The notes beneath the pieces were generated by a model. The model was given only the letters and a program-made list of their open reading frames with translations, searched no databases and had not been told where the DNA came from. A DNA stretch of 64,000 nucleotides from Setoptus koraiensis (lineage: Eukaryota > Animalia > Arthropoda): NCBI GenBank assembly GCA_048013815.1, contig CM106586.1:9238001-9302000 (forward strand), given 5' to 3'. The first letter of the stretch is position 1. The number at the start of each line of letters is the position of its first letter. Below, one piece after another: positions 52,801 through 64,000 of this stretch. Both the position numbers and the translations under genes were made by a program.

Positions 52801-55800
52801 AGCAGCTCCGCATAGCCACCATACATATGTAGCAACATGCCAGAGTGCGCTGTGCAGCGGCATGCCGCTGTGCGTGAGTCGCGAAAGTCGCTATGTGTGC
52901 ATGAGTCGCGAAAGTCGCTATGTGACTGTGCGCTGTAGAGAGCAATGGGAGCCGCGTTATGCCACAGACGACTTTGCAGCAGACGAATGCGCACTAATGA
53001 TGACTATCAACACACACACACACACACACACAGCGGCAATTTGAGCTGGCCAGAGTTGAGTGGGTCAAGTCGGGATGATGGCACTAGCTTATCATCGTGC
53101 CGCTGTGTGTGACGTGCCAACAATTTTATACATGTTCGGGCCAAGTCGATTGGTGCGAGATACATCTTGTTGTTGCTGCCGTTGTTCTCCTCATTTGCTG
53201 GCCGGTGCTCATTTGGCCTGCCTTTCGTTTGCTAGCTCGGCGCCCAGCTAACAACCAGGATATTGTGGGGATATTGTGAGGATATTGTTGGGATATTGTG
53301 AGGATATTGTGGGGATATTGTGGGGATATTGTGAGGATATTGGCTAAGCTGATCTATGAGAAGAATATCTGACATGCTCGCAATCATATCATGGCGCCCC
53401 GCTCACATATATACAAATTGTGGGCTACTTACGACACGACACACAACAGCGCAACACAACGCAGCCAACACAAAGCTGGCTGCTACTGCTTGTTAGACAC
53501 TGCTGGCCAGACACTGCTGGTCGCCATAGTAATGGCCTGCGACATGGCAAACAGGGCCAATGTGTGCGCAAGTAATAATAATAAAACTTCTCAAATACAG
53601 AATAACACTGGCTATTCTTTTAATGACTTATAAGAGCTTCTTCTCTGTCAGTGAAACGCAACAGCAACAGCAACGCCAACAACGACAGCGCCGACCACAA
53701 CGACAGCGCGCGCACACACACACACAGTGGCTAGCTGCACGGACATTGGCAGCCGTGGAGCCGATCACATGTAACATCACACACGATTACGTAACATGTT
53801 ACTTGTTACATGATGTTACGTCATGTTAGCTGGTTGCTGTTATATCCATAGCTGCATACGACACACAGTGTGTTCAGTGTTCAGTGTTCAGCGTTCAGCG
53901 TTCAGTGTTTAGCGTTCAGTGTTCAGTGTTGAGTAACCAAGGTCGGCCCGGCCAACCAGCGACCGGGCATTAGGCAACAACGATCGTCCGTTTAACATTG
54001 CGTTGTTGCGTTGCGCCGTCTTTGGGCCAGCGCTAGCTGGCCCGAAGACGCTGGCAACTGGTAAGCCCGGCACGACTTAGATTAATGACTTTTGCCAAGA
54101 CACTTACACTGAATTATATTCAGATATAACTGCCCGATATATATATATAGCGCCATGTGATATGGGTGTGCTGTATGTCAGTTTGTGTGTGTTATGTTCC
54201 AATTGGATTCAATTCAATTCCGTGCCGCCGCCGCCGGTCGCCATGTTCGTTCGTCGTGAGCCGCTGGCCGTCGAGCCGTCGGGCCGTGGGGCCGCCGAGC
54301 AATCGGGCTCGCCGAGTCGGGCTCGCCGAGTCGGGCCCGCCGAGTCGGGCCAGCCATAACAGGGGCCAGCCATAACAGGGGCCAGCCACAACAGCGGCCA
54401 GCCATAACAGCGGCCAGCCATAACAGCGGCCTGCCATAACAGCAGCAACTCCAAATAAAATAAGCCATCTAACTGCAACGCGCGCGATAGCTTGGGGCGC
54501 TCAAATGCCCAGAAAAAACAAAAACAATATCCCCAATAAATGCATTGGTGGCGCGCACACTGCCGCCAGCCCATAATACTATATAAACACCCCAGATAAG
54601 CGCACACGCAAACAATCAAAACAATACAACCAGACTAATGCCATGCAGGCACATGTACACACTGTATGCCACTGTAAAGGGTGTTTCAATCAGAACCTGG
54701 ATCAATAAAACACACTGTGCTGCTCGCTAGCACATATTCTTTCCGAAGTGGTGATCAAATGAAATTCGGCACAACAAATCAGATAGACTGTGTTGAGGTC
54801 GAGAAAAGTCCCATTCGCTTGGCACAACTAATTATTTCGCGCTGCACATAGTCTCTTTCTGCACGCTGTAACTTCCAGAATGCATCGACAAATATCGAAA
54901 AATAAAGCACTGTGGAAGGCAGCGTAGCATAATCAGTTCAAATCCAGGTTCTGATTGAAACACCCTTTATGCATGTACCCATATTATGCATCATATCGCA
55001 ATATATTATGTAATATATAATATAATATTGCATAATACGCACCGGCTCCGCTAGTCTCGCATAGCGCCATGTCGCTATGCGCCATGCGATTTGAGATGTG
55101 CGATTTGAGATGTGAGACGTGGCGCGTTATTGACAGGCGATCTGTGCGCGATCACGAGTAGCGCCACCTGCCGCTCGCCACTCAAAGCTAATTTGACAAC
55201 TATGCTCCCCTCTCACCACTGCCGCTCTGACAAGCTCTCTCTCTATTAATAATCAATCTATTCCTCTCGTCTCTGTCCTATTACATCACTATATTACATC
55301 ACTATGCATTACATCACTATGCATTGCATCACTATGCATTGCATCACTATATGGCATTACATCTGTGTGTCCATGTGTCAACTATGTCTCTTTCTCTGGT
55401 CTATACATGAACTTACTTCTCTGTCATCTTCTGTCGCAACTGTCAAACCACTGGACAACAACACTACCAACAACAAATTACAACACCTACACTAAACAAT
55501 AATACACTAAATACTCACGCAATGTAGCAAGCGGCTCGAAATGAACTCTTATCCTCCCTTGCTCAATGGTAACTATCCTGCTCTCTCTCTCTCCCCTCTC
55601 TGGCTCTCTCTGTCTCCTTCTTCTTCTGTCCTCCAATTGGTCTGATCATGCTAGTTGGCGTCCACTGGTTGAGCGGGTCTGGTTCACTGACCGCCAGTCT
55701 TGCATACCAACCGGTGTTTGCGAATCCTTTGTAACCCTTGTCCGTCAACTGTAACTGCAACAATCACACTAACAATATAATATTTTTCTCTCAATTTTTT

Positions 55801-58800
55801 GCAAATCGACGACGCACGTTACATAACACGTGACACGTGACATCATAAACGGCATTCGCGCAGGCATTCGAAAGTCCGAGTACCGAGTGTGACGAGCACC
55901 CTTCATCACTCATCAGCAGAGAGTCCAAAAGCGGGCAGCCTTGGATCGCTTCCGGCCTTCGGCGACCGACAGCGATCGAGTGGTTCGTTGTTGGAGAGAT
56001 TCGTTGAGCGCTTGAATAAAATTCTACAAGTGTCGTCCGATTTCGCCCGATCATCATCGTCAACGGCGAGAGTGGCGCCAGTTCCAGCAGCCAGACAGCA
56101 GCACAACGATAATAATCTAGCCTGCAACATGTTCGATCACGTTGATCGTCCCAACAATGCAACTGACCATCATTTAGGCCAATCTATTTTGATTAATGGA
56201 CACTCGGGCAACACAGAAAGCCACTTGGCGGGCCCCGGCGAACACCAGCAGCACCAGCCCCAACGCCAACATCAGCGACCTGAGCCAGCGCCTAGAGCGT
56301 CCGTGAAAGCTGGCTGTGGCGGCGGCGTTGACAAGAGTAATTACGACAACAGCAACCGCCGAACGGTAGCCAGCAAAAACAATAACAACAACAACAACAG
56401 CAGCAACACTGGTGACTTTAGCGCCATTACGTCACAGTTGATTGCTGGACAGTGGCCAGTGGGGGTGGGTGCTACCAGACAGCGGTGCCACTCCAACAGC
56501 AGTCTAGACGACTATTGGGTGCGACAACCGTCGAGCAGAAAGTGGGGCACGCTCACTGTGGCCGGCGCAAAATTGGCCGAACGAAGGGCCGCTTTGGCGT
56601 CCGAGGAGGCGCGAAAAAACATACTGCTGGCGGGCACAGCCGACGAAATTGATGGCCACAATGGCGTTCATAATGATGATCTAGACAAACACCGTCAGCC
56701 ACAACAACAACGCGACCAATTTAGTTTCAATATGGTGGCTGGCTCGTCGGCGGCGCCGGCGCCGCCACACCAGCCACTGGCTGCAACAACGACACAAACT
56801 AACAATGACAACGGCACAATAGTTGACAATCATCGTTCCTCTATATCCTGTCCACAATCGCCACTTATTAGCCAATCTTACGCCTGTCGCCATTTCGATC
56901 AGCAACCGGCGCCCATATTCTTGTACAACAACAACCAACAACAACAATCAGACTGTTACATCCATCATTCGCAGCAGCCGCCGCCCCAGTCGCTCGATAA
57001 TGAGGCAACGACGCGCCACTCGCAAGCCGCCGGCCCCCCGTCGCATCACCAGCAACACGCTCGCCACCTACCCTACATCGATCTAACTAAACCGCAGCCA
57101 ACTCACGCCCACTACCCGATACCGTTGCCCGCGTTACCGAGACGCGCCACAATGTCAGGTGACCGGTCAACACATCGATTGGAGCAAGCGGCTTCAAAGT
57201 GTCAATCGTCGACGGGCCGAAACCGGGCGCCTATAGCGAGCTCGCTCACGCAACCCTGTCAAGCCAGCAGTGACCAACAAAACAGCGGTGACATGAACCT
57301 ATTGCAAATGAGCAACTTGGACCGTTTCCAATACTGGCTAGACACTCAGGCCAGCATTAGATCGGAGCCGCATGCCGGCGACGAGCCGCCACTTCCGGTG
57401 TGTCCGTTGTCTCATAGCGCTCGGCCAGCTCAGCAGCTTGGCAGCAGTTATAATGGGAGCGCGTCACTTCATCGAAACTATTCACTCAATCAGCACAACA
57501 ATTATTCCATTGATAACAACAATCATCATCCACATATAACGGGCTTTTATAGCAGTATGAGTGTGCCGCGAAACAATCATCACCAGTGTCACTATCTCGA
57601 CAGCAACAATCAAGCGGCCAATCGGCACTGGCAGCAGTCAGACTCGAAGTGTTTCAATTCTAATAACATGAACAGGCCTGTGCCACCCCCGCCACCGCCG
57701 CCGCCGCCGCCCCCTCCGCCCAAACTTCCGGCCCGATCTGGTGTTCTGGAGGCGCGCGAGCATTGCTTGCCTCGAGATTCAGCGTCCCGGTTTTCGTCGT
57801 CCGATGGGGTCGCGAGGCGGAGGCAGCGACCCGCGCCCATTGACATGAGCGGACTGTCGCTGCCGACCAATGTCACCGGCACCCACAATGGCGACCAGAA
57901 CGTTTGGATCAAGCAATCGAGTTTCAGCAACGAAGAGACCAGCCACAACGGGTACCGTTACATGGGATGCGCGGACGACGAAACGGACGACGAGACGGCG
58001 CAAGCTCTGTACAATTTGCGCGCCATTCAATCCGAGATAGCCATTCATCGTTGCCAGCAACAACAACAACAACCCTGGCACGGGGGCCCAAATGCGGCTC
58101 ACCTGTCGCAGCAGCAACAGCATCACTCGGCGCCCGGGGGTCAGCATCAGGCGTTCAGTTTTGATGCGGCCGCGGCGCGACGAGTGCAGCACGTCAGCAG
58201 CAACAGTATGGCACCGTTGCACCAGCAGCAACAACTGCTGCACCGGCGCCACTTTGTTGGCTGCGACGCCTTCGACCAGCTGGCCAACCAGATGCAACAA
58301 CAACAACAGCAGCAGCAACAGCAGCAACATCAACGACGACAAGTGATAAACGACAACGGCGCCATGACGCGCATATCGTCGCATCATTTTGTGCCACCAG
58401 GTGAATCTTTCTATTTGCGCACGCCACCTAGCGATGAGGCCCCGGCCCAGATGAGTGGTGGCTGTCCAATGACGGCGTCCGGCCGGCATCAGCAGCAGCA
58501 ACATTGCAACGGTCTGCTGGTGCTCGATGTGGCCAGCCAAAGGCTGCTGTCGGACGGATGCAGCAGCACGGATCCGCACGGACAGCCGCCCGTTCCGCCG
58601 CATCGGTACCGTTCAGTTCAGGTGCAAACGTCACCGTTGGGCTCTAACGACGAACTGTTTTCATTGAACAACAACGACACTGCAACCGAACCAGCCGACG
58701 ACAGCGAATACAATCACTGTTACGATGGCGTTTGTGATGACGTAATTGACGCTGACCAGCAACAGCAACAGCATGGGTTGCACAATATGCACAATATGCA

Positions 58801-59350
58801 CAATATGCACAATATGGCAAGCAGCGGAAGTAGAAGGACCTTTTGCGGCCAGGACAATCAGGCGCGTCAGGCAAGCTCAGTTGGCATGTGTCACCAGCAG
58901 TCGGACGATTATGACGACATTGTCAACGAGGAACACGACGAGACAATTGTGGCCTCAGGTGAAAACTTTTCGCGCCGGTCACAATTCAGAAAGAGTCGAT
59001 TGGCTGGCGTTCACACGATGGACCTGGACAACGAGGCGGCCAACGAGGATCGACATTCCAGTTTCAGTTGTCAATCGAACGCAAACTCCAATTGCAATTC
59101 AACCACAAATTCAAACTCGGACGGCGAGGCCAATGTGAGATCTCACAATTCAAACATGTCGTCGTCGGCCAACGATCAATCGGTGGACGAAAACTACGAA
59201 TTTGACATGCAACAGCAGCGCCAGCCTCAACAACAACAACAACAACAACAAGAGCAAGAGCGGCAGCAGCAGCAGCAAGCTCATAATATAATATACTCAA
59301 AGGTCAACAAGCAAAACAGACCGAAATTGATTGACGAACAGGCAGTGTAA
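38259..59350 (+). CDS. tutl: Turtle/IGSF9-like receptor (signal peptide, 5 Ig, 2 FN3, TM, long tail), about 2480 aa as modelled
   Basis: Exons built by phase-matching GT-AG sites: 38259-38519, [38811], 39049-39408, 42974-43089, 43245-44184, 44674-44789, 45168-45321, 45675-46256, [46636-46698], 47190-47882, 48269-48862, 49110-49194, [55655-55713], 55920-59350. Total 7455 nt, divisible by 3. Bracketed exons are tentative. Ig C...W...Y.C motifs, FN3 LTWLPGYDGG and TM AGIMGGVLFFIAAIVISVC are present. Confidence 0.85.
38811..38811 (+). other. Candidate 1-nt microexon (G) of tutl
   Basis: TATATAG|G|GTAAGG preceded by a ~118-nt AG-free, U-rich zone with CTAAC motifs. It bridges the phase-0 donor (38520) and the phase-1 acceptor (39048). 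Confidence 0.5.
53258..53342 (+). repeat. 11-bp minisatellite GGATATTGTG(G/A) x~7
   Basis: Direct tandem units, intronic. Confidence 0.9.
53870..53932 (+). repeat. 7-bp tandem repeat G(T/C)GTTCA x~9
   Basis: Direct tandem units, intronic. Confidence 0.9.
54294..54443 (+). repeat. Abutting GC-rich minisatellites: 14-bp GCCGAGTCGGGCTC x4 and 16-bp GGCCAGCCATAACAG(G/C) x6
   Basis: Direct tandem units without spacers. Confidence 0.9.
54677..54967. mobile_element. Tc1/mariner-type MITE, 291 bp
   Basis: Perfect 26-bp TIRs AAGGGTGTTTCAATCAGAACCTGGAT (54677-54702 and 54942-54967), flanked by TA on both sides; no internal ORF. Confidence 0.88.
55279..55363 (+). repeat. 13-15-bp minisatellite (GC)ATT(A/G)CATCACTAT x~5
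   Basis: Direct tandem units. Confidence 0.85.
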
Positions 59351-59761
59351 AGCCAGTGTATTTGTATGTATCGCCTAATTAGTTATTTCTAATTAGCGAC
59401 CAGTATGCACAGTTTGCAGTGCTTTACACCGTTTACAGGGTAGCGAGAGCTTTTCTAGGCTTGATCTCATATTTATTAAAAACAATAATCGTATGTGTGA
59501 AACTGCCTTCATCGATGTAATAAAATTGTTGACAGTTATTGTTAAGTTGCCCTTGTCGGTTCATTTGTCTCTGTGTTTGTGGTTGTGTTTGTGGTTGCGT
59601 TTGTGGTTGCGTTTGTGGTTGTGCTTGTGGTTTTGTGCTTGTGGTGTTGGTGGTCACTGGCTTGTTGGCCCCATTCCTGTAACAGACTGTTGACTGTTTG
59701 CCGCTCGAAGCCGCTCATGTGTGTGCATTCGGTATTGCGTAAAATAGGTAAATTGCGTAAA

Positions 59762-59798
<37 letters not shown>

Positions 59799-60268
59799 CA
59801 TTGTGGCGATAATTACATAATGTATACTCATATTTCATAAGTTTATCACGCACTAATTCACAGGTACTGATGAGATTGTCAAAAGATGCTCCGACCCTCG
59901 GCCGGCAGCTCAACAGATGCGATAAATTAAAATTGTGTCAGCCGACAGGTCGGATGATCGACGGGTATCGACGGGCGTTCGCGCGCCTGCCATTCGATGG
60001 TGCTAGTCAATACAGCATGTCATACACAATGATATGATCAATCAAATATTGATGACAGTAGCGTTACGTAATTAGAATAAAAGTTGTCGTGATTGTTGCG
60101 AGCCGCCAACTGTCACACCGTGCGCGTGTGCGCCGTCGTCCATAATTCCATCGGATTATAATAATGAACCAGATGTATTTGATATATACACATATATTCA
60201 GTTTTGAGTGGTGATATATGATTTGATTCGAGTGAGTGAGTGCGTTGCAAAAGTTGCCAACAACAAAG

Positions 60269-61273
60269 TTAAAAGTTTGCCCCCATTCGTCGCAGGGCCA
60301 ATATGGCGTGCACCGCTTTTTGCCAGCGCCTCCTAACAACGTATTTCTTCAATTTTGTCTTGCTCAATCTGGCCACCTTGCCCTTCTTGGCGGGCGTCTT
60401 GGCCAACCATTTGTGTTTCAGGCAATCGGCGGGCTTTAGTCTGCGCTTGGGGTCCTTAATTAATAGGTTGGATATAAAATCTTTGGCATCACTACTGATT
60501 GGATCAAATGATTCGTCGTCAAAATCATAAATGGCCTTAGTGACATTGGTCATGGTCTCTAAATCGCTGTTGCCCATAAATGGCGACAAACCGGACAACA
60601 GAACGTAACAAATGACGCCCAGCGACCACATATCGGCGGCCGGTGTCACCTTGTCGTAACTGAGCACCTCGGGCGACGCAAAATCGGGCGTTCCAAACAT
60701 CACCTGTAGCGTTTGTTTAGCGTCGTACCGTCTGGCCAGACCGAAATCAATTAATTTAATTCTATTGCCCGTCCTTGTAACGCACAATATGTTTTCGGGC
60801 TTCAAATCCAAATGGATAATACTTTGACTGTGCATGTAATCGACGCCTTCGCAAATTTGTCTCATAAATATGGCGCAAACTTTTTCCGTCAGCTCAAAGT
60901 CGTCATCGATGACACGCTCAAACAGCTCGCCGCCCTGGATAAATTCTGTTATGAGGCACATTTCGTCTTTTCCGTCGTCGTAGGCATCGTACAATTGCAA
61001 TAGGCGCCTATGCTGCAACGACTTCATAATATCCACCTCGCGCTCAACATTTTCCCTATCCTCTTTTCGGCGCGTACAAACAAACTTTGCTGCCAATTTG
61101 AGGCCCGTCTTTTTCTCTGTACATTTGAACACTGTGCCAAATCGGCCCCTACCCAATTCCTCACTAAACGTATAATCTAGCTTGACGTTTCTGCTTCGTT
61201 TCACCACAACCTTGCGCGCCACAAAAGCGGGTTCGTTGCCCACATCCTGGTCGCACTCATCAATCCTGGGCAT
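60269..61273 (-). CDS. sqa: Short myosin light chain kinase (sqa-like), single exon
   Basis: [36 protein letters not shown], and a CaM-binding/autoinhibitory tail LSKTKLKKYVVRRRWQKAVHAILAL. The N-terminus resembles that of the short Drosophila MLCK Sqa. Confidence 0.85.
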   Translation of the reverse strand: MPRIDECDQDVGNEPAFVARKVVVKRSRNVKLDYTFSEELGRGRFGTVFKCTEKKTGLKLAAKFVCTRRKEDRENVEREVDIMKSLQHRRLLQLYDAYDDGKDEMCLITEFIQGGELFERVIDDDFELTEKVCAIFMRQICEGVDYMHSQSIIHLDLKPENILCVTRTGNRIKLIDFGLARRYDAKQTLQVMFGTPDFASPEVLSYDKVTPAADMWSLGVICYVLLSGLSPFMGNSDLETMTNVTKAIYDFDDESFDPISSDAKDFISNLLIKDPKRRLKPADCLKHKWLAKTPAKKGKVARLSKTKLKKYVVRRRWQKAVHAILALRRMGANF

Positions 61274-61337
61274 CTCAATCTCTTGGGTTCCTATCTACGA
61301 TTCTTGGTGCGTCGTCTCGTCGTTCTCTTGGCCTCCC

Positions 61338-61438
61338 TGGGTACAACGCCGTCTTGGGTACAACACTGTCTTGGATACAACACCGTCTCGGGTACAGCAA
61401 CGTCTTGGGTACAACGTCTTGGGTACAACGCCGTCGGG
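61338..61438 (+). repeat. 15-18-bp minisatellite GTCTTGGGTACAAC(GCC) x~6
   Basis: Direct tandem units just upstream of the MLCK start codon. Confidence 0.9.
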
Positions 61439-62152
61439 CAAGGGGGATGGCTTGCTGCTAATATTTGAATATAATATTTGACTGCTGTGTGAATGTGCTG
61501 GGCTGACCGGATGCTGGTCTAATGGTTTTGCTGCTGGTCAGGATGCAATTGTGTTTGCGCTGACACAGATTTGGCACAGACAGAATCAACTGGTTCAATG
61601 GCTAATTAATTAATGAAGTTGCTGGGTGTCTGGGTACAAGTGGCGATCACTAGCTGTCGACAGGTGAGTCATGGCAGGTACGTTTGTTTGTTTGTGGTGT
61701 GGCTGTAGCGCATTATGATGAATTAATGAAATGCATTGGCACATAATCAATCGCGGCGATAAATGTAATGTGAGCTCTTGATTTATTTGTTTGTTTGTTT
61801 CACAACACAACTAACTAACTGTGTGCCTAATGAATGTGAACTGCACGTAAACTAAATGTAAACTGGATATAAAGGATTGGATATTAGACTGCTACAAGTC
61901 AACAAACTGTTGTCGCACAAACTGTCGGACTGTAGGCTTGCTGCGATGGCTGCGAGGTGTGTCGTCTTGCGCCAACTTTTATCATTGTTGTGGTTGAGGT
62001 TGTTGTTGTTGTTGTTGTTGTGACGATATGATTCACATGGGATAAATGGAAACAAACATCTCATCGAGTCTCGATTGAATAATCGACTGTGTTACACAAC
62101 AACCAATGGGCGCTAATATCTATCTATTTATCTGGGCGAATGTAGTTGTCAA

Positions 62153-62155
<3 letters not shown>

Positions 62156-62208
<53 letters not shown>
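62156..62208 (+). repeat. (GT)n microsatellite
   Basis: Perfect dinucleotide run. Confidence 0.95.
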
Positions 62209-62213
<5 letters not shown>

Positions 62214-62847
62214 GTGTCGTTAGGTCATTAGAAAGCGGCTGTTCTTTTTAAATAATAATTTATTTATGTGCTCCATTATTGTTGTTGTTGTTGTTGTTGT
62301 ATCATATAAACTTGTTTCGCTAAATATATAGAACATACATAGTAAATTTATTTCTAATCTAGAACCATTGTGTGCTTAGGCAGACATAGTCACAGGGCTA
62401 GAGGATCTTTCGTTGGCTTGCCATTGCTCACTCGCTGCAATTTGCTGTTGCACTATTCATGTCAATGTTTCATCTCGCTTTCGTTTCAATGCTCGCTGTT
62501 GGTTGATTTTTTAACTTTTGGATGAGATTTGTATTTTAGATCTGATCAGCATAATGAATTTCATTCACTACGACTCGCACAGAGAGTCATTTAGCGAGAT
62601 GAGTGTGTATGTAGATGAGATAGTAGTTGCTACCGCTAGAGAAACCGCTTGAGACGCCTTGGGTGCGTTTGTGTCGCTTCGAATATGGTGAGAGTCGTCA
62701 ATATCGTCGTGTGTGTGTGTGAGTAGCTTTTGTTTATTTGTATATTGATCTATTCATCCATTCATCTATCTGGAGTATTTAGTATGTGCCACGACGGCTT
62801 CGAAGGGCTCATCCGTCGCCACCATGAATAATGATAATGTCTATTAG

Positions 62848-62850
<3 letters not shown>

Positions 62851-62924
<74 letters not shown>
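62851..62924 (+). repeat. (CT)n microsatellite
   Basis: Perfect dinucleotide run of about 37 units. Confidence 0.95.
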
Positions 62925-62926
<2 letters not shown>

Positions 62927-64000
62927 GCTCGCTCTATCTCTCTCGCTCTCTCTTTATCGCTCGCTTCTTTTTTATGCGGATTCTCAGCGGAGAGAGAAGA
63001 AGCGAGATCAAAGTAAGCGAGCGCAGGGAGAAGGCGAGCCACAGAGGAGAGAGAGAGAGAGAGAGAGACGAATTAGGCAACCTAATTTAATGCAATATGT
63101 TCATGTCATCTCCAAAGTCGCTCTCTCGTTCTCGACTCTCGGCGTGCATCTTGAATAAACAGATAAACTGAAGGCATGCTCAGCAACAACAACAACAACT
63201 GGGCCGACCTCAGTGTCGCCGTTTAGAAGCGCACCGAACGCTCGCGAGCGAACAAACAACAATCCTAGAGTAGTGGCAACGAGCGAAAAGAAGTGAAAAG
63301 TCGGCAGTGAAATCACAATGATGATAAATATATATATATATATACTGTGCTTGTGTTGGCTCAATGACAAACTATAAATTAGCCAACTACAGCTGCCAGC
63401 CAGCCAGCCAGCCAGATAGATAGATAGATAAATGGATATATACATAAAGTGAGAGAGAGAGAGAGAGCCAGAAAGAAACAGCACGATTAGAAATATAGAT
63501 ACTACCTCGGTATTCGCTCGCTCAAATTACCTATCACTTTCTATCTCGTTGCACGCAACAACACCGACAAAAACATGTCGCTGCTGTTGCCACTAGCCTA
63601 ACTAACGACTGATCATGTTGGCCCGCTGTTAAAGGCTTACGCGAAATGAAAATGGAAATAAATATAAATAAAGAGTTACTAACCAGCTAGCAGCCACGAT
63701 AATATAGCGATAATCCTAGCTGGTGTTTCGTGTCGTGTTGTGTCGTTGTTATAACACAGTGTTCGACAGTGTGCATTAGCCCGGGTGAGATCAAAGTCGT
63801 CTATCTATCAATCATTTGTGGTGCACAAAATTTGTGCTATCCGCACTGCGATACAAACTGCGAACCGGAAGTGCGCATAAGCCATGCTCTTGAGTCTTGG
63901 GGCAGGCATCAAATTATCAAACTTTGTCAGCATTGCCAAGAGACTATCGCTCTGGCTATTGCTTAATCTGTCTGTGTGTCAGCAAATAGCTTTTGCTTTG

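Noticed and set aside
54294-54443. CRISPR-like appearance of repeat arrays (also 61338-61438)
   Set aside because: Units abut without unique spacers, the context is eukaryotic, and there are no cas genes.
49947-54619. Dense short ORFs in the GC-rich tutl intron
   Set aside because: Stop-poor GC-rich and repeat sequence open on both strands; no coding signature.

Overview
Eukaryotic genomic DNA from a compact, intron-poor arthropod genome. An acariform (possibly eriophyoid) mite is my inference from gene content and architecture. The window has two very different halves. Bases 1-33 kb are gene-dense: about 17 protein genes (DNAJC25, BRF1, YIPF5, GPR89, an NRF-6 acyltransferase, PRCP, DYRK1/minibrain, FAM210B, WAVE/SCAR, MRPS34, ceramide synthase, PIGQ, cyclin Q and several orphans) plus tRNA-Glu(TTC), with only five short introns. 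Bases 33-64 kb are microsatellite-rich and hold a ~21 kb multi-exon turtle/IGSF9-like receptor gene and a single-exon MLCK/sqa-like kinase. Best leads: (1) a candidate single-nucleotide exon (G38811) that restores the turtle reading frame using only strong splice sites; (2) an orphan gene inserted between GPR89 and NRF-6, flanked by a ~500 bp duplication, with a templated insertion at one junction; (3) the ceramide synthase homeodomain and the WAVE basic region replaced by low-complexity tracts; (4) a TA-flanked Tc1/mariner MITE. All calls were made by eye; no searches were run.
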